DNA of 64,000 bases from Candidatus Latescibacterota bacterium (GTDB lineage Bacteria; Latescibacterota; UBA2968; UBA8231). Positions 32,302-39,358 of the stretch are shown here, in pieces; positions within the stretch are counted from its first letter, which is position 1, and each line of letters starts with the position of its first letter. Below the pieces are notes generated by a model that did not search any database, was not told where the DNA came from, and saw only the letters and a program-made list of their open reading frames with translations. The stretch covers positions 4,736,001 through 4,800,000 of the forward strand of contig CBDETY010000003.1 of assembly GCA_965243025.1 (NCBI GenBank). The letters are read 5' to 3'. Both the position numbers and the translations under genes were made by a program.

Positions 32302-33347
32302 CAGGGGGTGTAGCCCCCGACGATCCTGGCGACCGCGGCGGCGAACCGCTCGACGTCGTCCCTGGTGGTGTCGAAGGAAGCCATCCAGCGCACCACGCAG
32401 GCGGGACCGCTGAGGTTGAAGGCAACGAAATTGAACTCCTTCTGGAGCTCGGCGACGCAGGGGGTGGGGATTTCGGCGAAGACGCCGTTGCTTTCGGTGG
32501 GATACAGGATCTTCAGGTTCGGCACGCCGCTGACTTTTTCCGCCAGCAGCCGGGCCATGCGGTTGGCGTGCCCGGCGGTGCGGCGCCACAAGCCGCCGCG
32601 CAGCACCGCTTCGAACTGGGCGCTGATGAACCGCATCTTCGAAGCCAGCTGCAGACCCTGTTTGCGCACGTAGCCGAAGTCCCGCGCCAGCCCGGGATCG
32701 AAGAACAGCACCGCCTCCCCGATCATCATGCCGTTCTTGGTGCCCCCGAAGCTGACGATGTCGACCCCGGCGTCCCGGGTAACGGCGCGCAGCGACAGGC
32801 CGAGGGCGGCGGCGGCGTTGGCGAGTCGCGCCCCGTCGAGATGCAGCAGCATCCCGTTTGCGTGGACGAAATCGGCCAGCGCCCGCGTCTCCGCAACAGT
32901 ATAGACCGTGCCCCACTCCGTGGCCTGCGTGATCGAAAGGAGGCGCGGCTGGCTGCTGTGTCCGGGAATTTCCTCGCGGGTCAGCGGCTCCACGGCGTCG
33001 ACCGTCAGCTTGCCGTCGACGGTAGGGGCGGGGTAAACCCGGCAGCCGATGAAGCGCTCGACGGCGCCGCTTTCCGAGACGTGGATATGCGAGCAGTCGC
33101 CGCAAATCAGCGCCTGGTACGGCGTGCAGACCCCGGCGGCGCTGACGACGTTGGCGGCGGTTCCGTTGAATACCAGGAACACCTCCGTCTCCTCCCCGAA
33201 GTGGTCGCGAAAGGCCTGGACCGCCCTCTCCGTGTACGGATCCTCACCGTACCCCACCTCGTGGCCGGCGTTGGCGTCGATCATCGCCTGCAGCACCTCC
33301 GGGTGAATGCCGGCGTTGTTGTCGCTGACGAAGCTGCGTTTTTCCAA
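32301..33347 (-). CDS. ltaE: Low-specificity L-threonine aldolase
   Basis: SDN, GYGED, NGTAAN, TQATEWGTVY, HLDGARLANA, GGTKNG (PLP Lys), SKMRF; TTG start with GGAGGGG SD. Confidence 0.9.
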   Translation of the reverse strand: MEKRSFVSDNNAGIHPEVLQAMIDANAGHEVGYGEDPYTERAVQAFRDHFGEETEVFLVFNGTAANVVSAAGVCTPYQALICGDCSHIHVSESGAVERFIGCRVYPAPTVDGKLTVDAVEPLTREEIPGHSSQPRLLSITQATEWGTVYTVAETRALADFVHANGMLLHLDGARLANAAAALGLSLRAVTRDAGVDIVSFGGTKNGMMIGEAVLFFDPGLARDFGYVRKQGLQLASKMRFISAQFEAVLRGGLWRRTAGHANRMARLLAEKVSGVPNLKILYPTESNGVFAEIPTPCVAELQKEFNFVAFNLSGPACVVRWMASFDTTRDDVERFAAAVARIVGGYTP

Positions 33348-33620
33348 CAATTCCCCTCCGTGTCTGCTTTCGGGACATTCAACCCCCAATCGGGCCGCCC
33401 CTGAGAGGGGATCAAAGATAAACCTCGGAAGACAGCGGCAGAAACGAGGCTTTCAGCCGGCCTCCTCTCCGGCGTGGGCCGGGTCCGCAAACGCGCTTCG
33501 TCCGCGGCGAAGCCCGTTTTTTGAAGCCCACCCGGCGTTGGCGGCCGCGGACGCCGGGGCAGACCCCGGCCCGGATGACCCTGAATCCCGGTCGGGATCC
33601 CGGGAACCGGACTCGGCGAG

Positions 33621-33656
33621 GCAATTGTTGCAGCCGATTCCGTGCAATTGTTGCAG
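33621..33656. promoter_or_regulatory. Tandem palindromic upstream activator sites (candidate enhancer-binding protein sites)
   Basis: GCAATTGTTGCAG occurs twice (33621-33633 and 33644-33656, 23 bp apart), core (T)GCAA-N3-TTGCA, 90-120 bp upstream of a sigma54 promoter. Confidence 0.65.
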
Positions 33657-33740
33657 GAATTGTCCCCCCGCACCGGCGCCCTGGAAGCCTGAACAACCCA
33701 TCTGCTTTAATCCACAGGGAGTTACAACCGGCGCCGGCAC

Positions 33741-33758
33741 CTGGCACATATCTTGCAT
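33741..33758 (+). promoter_or_regulatory. sigma54 (RpoN) -24/-12 promoter
   Basis: CTGGCACATATCTTGCAT matches YTGGCAC-N5-TTGCW; predicted +1 at about 33768. Confidence 0.85.
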
Positions 33759-33802
33759 GCTGTCTGGCGCAACTGTTCACCATGCAAACACTCGAGGAAA
33801 GC

Positions 33803-33838
33803 ATGGCCCAGCTGTCGACAACCGAAGGAACGAGCTGA
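33803..33838 (+). CDS. Possible 11-aa leader peptide MAQLSTTEGTS
   Basis: GAGGAAAG SD-like sequence before ATG 33803; alternative in-frame ATG at 33782. Confidence 0.3.
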   Translation: MAQLSTTEGTS

Positions 33839-33974
33839 GAGAAACGCTGCCGATCGCACTCAGCCCAATCTCCTTCGGAATACCTGAAGGTGTGTGCGAG
33901 TGCGACCCGGCGGAGCCGACGATCTGTAGATGATCGGACCGGCCCTCGCAAGGGGAACCCGATCCGACGGACGA

Positions 33975-34006
33975 GCCGCAGACACCGCGAGTGCCTGCGG
34001 TTTTTT
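33975..34006 (+). terminator. Intrinsic terminator / possible attenuator
   Basis: GCCGCAGACAC-CGCGA-GTGCCTGCGGT followed by a T run. Confidence 0.75.
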
Positions 34007-34092
34007 CGTGCCTGTCCCGGAAGGCAAAGGAGGCGGGAGTGATACTGATATCCGAATCGAAAGCAACCTCAAAACCGAAAGGAGGCATGCCC

Positions 34093-34176
34093 ATGCGACG
34101 CGAGCTGTTGAACCAGGGCCTGATGTACGGACTTGTCAGCCTCTTCGTGTTCATCGTCGCCCCCCTCGTAACCTGA
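34093..34176 (+). CDS. 27-aa hydrophobic micropeptide MRRELLNQGLMYGLVSLFVFIVAPLVT
   Basis: AAAGGAGG SD 7 nt before the ATG; a single TM-like stretch; a second in-frame AAAGGAGG+GTG start at 34039. Confidence 0.6.
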   Translation: MRRELLNQGLMYGLVSLFVFIVAPLVT

Positions 34177-34291
34177 GCGGCGCGACGACGGTCGAGGCAT
34201 CTGGTTCGTGAAGGGCGAATCGAAACATGCCGTGGAGACGAATGCGATTCGTCTCCGTCCACCCCGACCATGCGACGATGAAAGGATTGCG

Positions 34292-34408
34292 ATGATTTAC
34301 AGATGGCGAACCTGGAGGGACTCGACCGCTGCAGTTCAGCGCCTGTTCTGGTGGGTGCTTGCCCTTTCCCTGACGCTTGCCTTGCAGGGCGGCCCGAAGG
34401 CGGGCTAG
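34292..34408 (+). CDS. 38-aa micropeptide MIYRWRTWRDSTAAVQRLFWWVLALSLTLALQGGPKAG
   Basis: GAAAGGA SD 5 nt before the ATG; basic N-terminus, hydrophobic core, short polar tail; terminator downstream. Confidence 0.55.
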   Translation: MIYRWRTWRDSTAAVQRLFWWVLALSLTLALQGGPKAG

Positions 34409-34461
34409 CTTCTTCTCCGGACTGCCGCCCCGGGCTGCATCCGCGAAACCCTTCGAAACCG

Positions 34462-34502
34462 AAAGGGCCGGCTCCCGTTCACGGGGCCGGCCCTTTGTTC
34501 TT
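34462..34502 (+). terminator. Strong intrinsic terminator closing the micropeptide unit
   Basis: AAAGGGCCGGCTCCCG-TTCA-CGGGGCCGGCCCTTTGTTCTT. Confidence 0.85.
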
Positions 34503-34708
34503 ACCAAACCTCTTCGTGCCTGCGGCGCCGGTCGAATCCCCGCAGGGGTACGCGCCGCGCCCGAAAAAGGAACCGAAGCTGAAGAACCTCCTCCCCACGG
34601 CCGGCAATGCTGGCGATTGACCTTTCACCGGACCTGCGGGCACCTTTCACGGGGAGAACGAGAACCCCCCAGACCAGGGCCTGCGGCGAACCACCGGCAC
34701 CCGATCCC

Positions 34709-35788
34709 ATGTCACGATCCCAGCAAGTGAAGCCGGGTACAGCCACCGGCGAGCGGCTCGAGAAGCTGCTCGACATCCTGCCCTCTTTCGCGCTGCTTGC
34801 GGGTTTGCGGCTCGACCTGTTCGCCATGCTTGAAAGCGGTCCGGCCACCGCCTCCGAGCTGGCTGAACGGCTCGGCGCCGACCGCCGCCGCCTCGACCAG
34901 CTGCTGTACGCCCTGGCCGCGGTCGACCTCCTCACTGCCGAAAAACCGGCCGCGCCAGGAAAACCTGCACCCGGTGAGCTCCGCTTCCGCAACAGCCTGG
35001 AAGCCGGCCGTTACCTCGTTCCGGGGAAAGGGGAGTACCTCGCCGGCCACCAGGAGCTGCTCGCCATCCTCTGGAACGCCGCCCTGAAAACCGCGGATTC
35101 GATCCTGGAAGGCCGTCCGCTGGCAGAGAAGGACTTCGCCGCCATGCCCGGGGAGGAGCTGGCTGCCTTCCTCGGAGGACTGCATTCCATGGCCCTCCAG
35201 CGGGGACGGGAGCTGGCGGGCGGCGACTGGCTCGGCGGCTGCCGCCGCGTCGCCGATATCGGCAGCGGCTCCGGGGGGGTCCTCATCGCCCTTGCCGGGG
35301 AGCTTCCCGAGCTCCGCGCCGTGGCGGTGGAGCTGCCCCGCGTCGCCGAGATGACCAGGGAATTCGTCTCCAGATCCACGGTGGCGGAGCGGATCGAAGT
35401 CGCCGCAGCCGACCTCACCGCCGACGAGGTGGTGATGTCCGAAACCGACCGCTCCCGCCTGGCCCCCGGCTCCTTCGACGCGGTGCTGATGGTCTCCTTC
35501 CTGCAGGTGTTGAGCCCGGGGCAGGCGCGCCGGGTCGTCGGCCGCGCCGCCGGGCTGCTGCGTCCGGGAGGCGCCCTCCACGTCATCGGCGCCGGCATCC
35601 TCGACGACGGCCGCGCGACCCCCGCCAAAGGGGCGCTGTGCAACCTCGCCTTCCTCAACATCTACGGGGAAGGGCGCTCGTACACCGGGGGAGAGCATCG
35701 CGACTGGATGCGCCAGGCCGGTCTGGCCCCTCCGGAACTGCGGGAGCTGGAAGACGGCACCCGGGTCATCAGCGCTCGCAAGCCCTGA
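34709..35788 (+). CDS. O-methyltransferase (Methyltransf_2 with dimerisation wHTH)
   Basis: GLRLDLFAML, DIGSGSG, AVELP, ILDD, LAFLNIY.EGRSYT. Confidence 0.85.
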   Translation: MSRSQQVKPGTATGERLEKLLDILPSFALLAGLRLDLFAMLESGPATASELAERLGADRRRLDQLLYALAAVDLLTAEKPAAPGKPAPGELRFRNSLEAGRYLVPGKGEYLAGHQELLAILWNAALKTADSILEGRPLAEKDFAAMPGEELAAFLGGLHSMALQRGRELAGGDWLGGCRRVADIGSGSGGVLIALAGELPELRAVAVELPRVAEMTREFVSRSTVAERIEVAAADLTADEVVMSETDRSRLAPGSFDAVLMVSFLQVLSPGQARRVVGRAAGLLRPGGALHVIGAGILDDGRATPAKGALCNLAFLNIYGEGRSYTGGEHRDWMRQAGLAPPELRELEDGTRVISARKP

Positions 35789-35857
35789 TTCCCGGGACGA
35801 GCGCCCGCCGCCCTTTGCCATTTGTAGCCCCGTACGGCACTGGCTTATCTTGGCGGC

Positions 35858-37825
35858 GTGAAGGAAGCCCTCGCCCAGGTCAGCGAAAATCTCGAGGAGA
35901 TCCTCTCCAGGTACGACGAAGCCGCGCAGGAGCTTCTGCGCGTCGCCCGCGCCGACGGGCACTTCGCCGGCTGGAACCCCGACGATGTCGCCTGGCCCTG
36001 CAGTCCGGGGCCGGGCCAGGTGCCAGGACCCGATGCCCTCGCCAGGCGCGCCGCCCTGATTGCCGAGATCTACGACGGCACGCCGTCCCGCCGCGACAGC
36101 CGCCTCGGGGAGGCGTACGAACGCTACAGCGCGAGGCTGCCGGCCTACCACGAGAGCAACCGCCTCTTCGCCCGGATCCAGCGCCAGTTCCGCGAGCGGG
36201 GCGCCGGAGACGAGCGCGACTTCCTGCAGCTCTACCAGACCGTCTACCTCGAAGCCCTGCGCCGCGAAGACCCGGTTCCCCTCGACGAGGGGGAGGCGGC
36301 GCTCGTCGAGTTCCGCGTCGCCCGCGCGCCCCTGGCGCTGGCGACCTCGGTCGCCGAGAAAGTGCACCGGGACGCCGACCCGGACGACCCCCGCTGGACG
36401 CAGGAATACTCCTGCACCGACGCGGCCGGGAACCCGCGGACCGCGACGCTGCGCGACCATCTCACCGGCATCGCCGAGGCCGTGGTCGACATGCTCGCCG
36501 CCGGCGAGCACCTCGCGGTCCGCTTCAACACCTTCAGCAATTTCATCTGGTTCGGGATCTCGATATGGAAGGCGGTGACCGACCTCGACCTGCTGGTCTC
36601 GCGGCTGCGGGGCAAGGTCCGCCGCAGCTGGCTCGAGAAGCTCGAGTTGCACGTGCGCCTGGCGCAGGGGATGCTGCTGGAGTTCCTCCAGGCCCACCTC
36701 GAGGACCCGGCCCAGATCCGGCCCCGCGAATACTGGTACGGCCAGCAGTACAGCTATCTCACGCGGGACATGATCGACCTCGTGACCGCCCTGATCCCCA
36801 AGGCCAACGCCCTGCGCCGGCGCGCCCGCGGCGGAGATGAAATCCCGCCGGTGGAAGTGCCTCTGCTTTTCCTCGACGACAAGACCGGACGGTTCCTCGA
36901 GTACCCCGGCGTCGGAACGACGGGGACGATTTCCGTATGGAAACGGAGGGCGCGGCTGTTGGCCTGGCTGCGGCTCTTCCGCCAGGCACGCAAGGTAAAA
37001 TTGAGCCTCTGGCGCCCCGAGGTCCCCGAGCAGGTGCGCATCGAGAAGGCTTGGAAGTGCATGCTCGACATGGGCTCGAGGGTGCTCGACCTGTTCGGCA
37101 TCGAGCTCGAGGTGACGGTCGATCCGCTGTTCGAGGAGATGGCGCGTGAGCTCCGCCTGGGAGAGCCGGGGGCGCGCAAGGTCGCCTTCCTGCCGACCCA
37201 TCTCAGCCTCCTCGACCACCCGGTGATGTACGGCGTCCTGCAATCGCCGCAGCTGTGCCGGGCCATGGGATGGGAAGGACCGCGGCCGTGCACCATCCTG
37301 TCGCGGGAGCGGCTCCTCGACGCCACGGCTTTCAGGATCGGAGGCCGGGAGTTCTCGCTGATCGGCATCACCCCGGACCGCATCGACACCTTGAGCGAAG
37401 AAGTGGACGGCTACGTCATCCTGCGCCGCAGCAAGGACACCGGCAATCCGACGCAGCGGTTCGCCGAGTTCCTGGAGCAGCGGCCGGGGGTGGTTTACGG
37501 CGCCGGAACGGTGGCTGCGTACGCGCTGCAGATCCTGCCGATGCAGCACGCCCTGTTCGCCTACCTGCCACAGGACACGGTGATCGTGCCGCTCGCCTTT
37601 CGCGGCATTCACCAGGTCTGGCCCAAATGCCCTCGGGGCAACCTCGACATCAACCCGGGACGCGTAGAGGTCGTGGTGTCGCCGCCCATGCTCGGGGAAA
37701 CGACGCTGCTGCCGCGGAAGCGGGCGTTGCGGACGCAGCTGGAGCCGGCGACGCTGTTTCAGGCGGTGCACATAGCGACGCTGCTGAACCCGGAGCCGGC
37801 GGAGCCCTCCGCGAGCGCCACCTGA
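35858..37825 (+). CDS. Unknown N-terminal domain fused to a PlsC/LPLAT-like acyltransferase domain
   Basis: FLPTHLSLLD (HX4D), IVPLAFRG..QVWPK and PGRVEVVV in the C-terminal third. Confidence 0.65.
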   Translation: MKEALAQVSENLEEILSRYDEAAQELLRVARADGHFAGWNPDDVAWPCSPGPGQVPGPDALARRAALIAEIYDGTPSRRDSRLGEAYERYSARLPAYHESNRLFARIQRQFRERGAGDERDFLQLYQTVYLEALRREDPVPLDEGEAALVEFRVARAPLALATSVAEKVHRDADPDDPRWTQEYSCTDAAGNPRTATLRDHLTGIAEAVVDMLAAGEHLAVRFNTFSNFIWFGISIWKAVTDLDLLVSRLRGKVRRSWLEKLELHVRLAQGMLLEFLQAHLEDPAQIRPREYWYGQQYSYLTRDMIDLVTALIPKANALRRRARGGDEIPPVEVPLLFLDDKTGRFLEYPGVGTTGTISVWKRRARLLAWLRLFRQARKVKLSLWRPEVPEQVRIEKAWKCMLDMGSRVLDLFGIELEVTVDPLFEEMARELRLGEPGARKVAFLPTHLSLLDHPVMYGVLQSPQLCRAMGWEGPRPCTILSRERLLDATAFRIGGREFSLIGITPDRIDTLSEEVDGYVILRRSKDTGNPTQRFAEFLEQRPGVVYGAGTVAAYALQILPMQHALFAYLPQDTVIVPLAFRGIHQVWPKCPRGNLDINPGRVEVVVSPPMLGETTLLPRKRALRTQLEPATLFQAVHIATLLNPEPAEPSASAT

Positions 37826-37928
37826 CTTCCCGCCCCGCCGCCGTTACATCCGCTTCCCCCAACTCTTCTCGAAAAATTCCCTGCCCCCGCCGACGGATCA
37901 GGAAGGGTCCGGCGCGAAGAACCGTCCG

Positions 37929-38687
37929 TCACCCGCGTCCGATGTACGGCATCTTCGTCGCCATCACCGTGATGAACTGCACGTTCGCCTCCAGCGGCAG
38001 GCTGGCCATGTAGACCACCGCCCGCGCCACGTCGTCGGCGTCCATGCGCGGCTCCACCATCGTCGATCCGTCGGGCTGCGGAACCCCGTCGTCCATCCGC
38101 CGGGTCATGTCGGTGGCGGCGTTGCCGATGTCGATCTGCCCGCAGGCGATGTCGTACTTCCTTCCGTCCAGCGAGGTTGCCCGGGTCAGTCCCTGAACGG
38201 CGTGCTTGGTCGCCGTGTACGGCGCCGAGTTGGGCCTGGGCACGTGCGCCGACACCGAGCCGTTGTTGATTATGCGGCCGCCGCGCGGGTCCTGGTCCTT
38301 CATGATCCGGAACGCCTCCTGCGTGCACAGGAACACCCCGGTCAGGTTGACGTTTACGACCGCCGTCCACTGCTCGAAGGTCAGGTCCTCCAGGGGCACC
38401 CCGGGCGCCCCCATGCCGGCGTTGTTGAAAAGCAGGTCCAGGCGCCCGAACTCCTCCCTGGTTCTGGCGAACAGCGCCCGCACCGCGTCCGGGTCCGCGA
38501 CATCCGACGGCACGGGCAGGGCGCGCTCCGCATCCGGCCCGGCGAGATCGACGGTCGTCCGCAGCGCCTCCTCGCGGCGGCCGGCCAGGGCGACCGAGTA
38601 TCCCTCCTTGAGCAGGGCCAGGGAGGAGCGCTGACCGATACCGCTTCCCGCCCCTGTAACGAGGGCGACCTTGTCGTTTGAGCTCAT
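37929..38687 (-). CDS. Short-chain dehydrogenase/reductase
   Basis: [17 protein letters not shown]. Confidence 0.93.
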   Translation of the reverse strand: MSSNDKVALVTGAGSGIGQRSSLALLKEGYSVALAGRREEALRTTVDLAGPDAERALPVPSDVADPDAVRALFARTREEFGRLDLLFNNAGMGAPGVPLEDLTFEQWTAVVNVNLTGVFLCTQEAFRIMKDQDPRGGRIINNGSVSAHVPRPNSAPYTATKHAVQGLTRATSLDGRKYDIACGQIDIGNAATDMTRRMDDGVPQPDGSTMVEPRMDADDVARAVVYMASLPLEANVQFITVMATKMPYIGRG

Positions 38688-38872
38688 TGTGAAATCTCCA
38701 TGTCGGTTTCAGTGAGGAAACTTGGGGCCGGTTCAGGCGGCTTAATCGAAAGCGCCTGAGCTCCGCGCCGGCCGACCTTCAGGTGCCGCCCGGCCCGGGT
38801 TGATGCTGCGTGCGGAAAGGCGAAAACTGCAGGACGGCAAAGCGGTCCTTCTCGAGCTTCGCCAACCTCCCT

Positions 38873-39358
38873 TCAGGACTCCTCGACCCTCGCGCCGCGC
38901 ACCTGCCAGGCCGTCAGGCCGACCCCCAGCAGCAGCAGCAGACCGCCAAGCGGAATCAGAAAACCGCCCAGTCCCGGGTCCGCCCCGTAGAAGAAAAGCC
39001 CGCCCAGGAAGAAACCCCCGGGAAGCAGGACGCTCGACCCGATCAGCGACCAGGAGGCGGTCCGCCTGGTCCGGCCGCTCCAGTCCGGGACCGCGCGGAG
39101 CGCCGACGCGAACGCGAGGTGGACGAGCCCCAGCAGGGTTCCGTGGGCGTGGCAGAGGGTCCACATTCTCCGGCGCGTCTCGTTGTCCGCATCGAGATAC
39201 CAGCCGACCTTGAAGCCGTGAAAGCCGTCGAGAACCAGCCCGAGCGAGAGAAACAGCAGCAGGGTCCCCCACCCGAAAACCAGGTGGCGGCGCCGCAAGC
39301 TCCCGCCTCGTGCTCCGCGGCCTGCTTCGTCCTCCATTCCGTTTTCCCCCTTGTTCAT
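38873..39358 (-). CDS. Four-TM membrane protein coupled to the octaheme cytochrome
   Basis: Four hydrophobic helices, CHAHGTLLG; its ATG overlaps the cytochrome stop. Confidence 0.75.
   Translation of the reverse strand: MNKGENGMEDEAGRGARGGSLRRRHLVFGWGTLLLFLSLGLVLDGFHGFKVGWYLDADNETRRRMWTLCHAHGTLLGLVHLAFASALRAVPDWSGRTRRTASWSLIGSSVLLPGGFFLGGLFFYGADPGLGGFLIPLGGLLLLLGVGLTAWQVRGARVEES

Larger units (their letters stand above)
33768..34006 (+). ncRNA. Candidate structured sRNA or attenuator-type leader (~240 nt)
   Basis: Bounded by the sigma54 promoter and a terminator. Stems CCATGC/GCATGG, TCGCACTC/GAGTGCGA, CCTTC/GAAGG, and GATCGG/CCGATC enclosing a GCAA tetraloop hairpin. Confidence 0.55.

Noticed and set aside
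33621-33656. CRISPR-like direct repeat
   Set aside because: Only two 13-bp copies with a 10-bp spacer and no cas genes; better explained as activator binding sites.
33700-33726. IHF site between the enhancer and the sigma54 promoter
   Set aside because: Only the CAGnnnnTTA half of WATCARnnnnTTR matches; the position is right but the support is too weak to call.
33780-33960. Known riboswitch (c-di-GMP-I, SAM, TPP, cobalamin, T-box), 6S or CsrB-type RNA
   Set aside because: I could not place the diagnostic conserved cores. Several GGA motifs occur but mostly not in hairpin loops. An Rfam search is still needed to exclude these formally.
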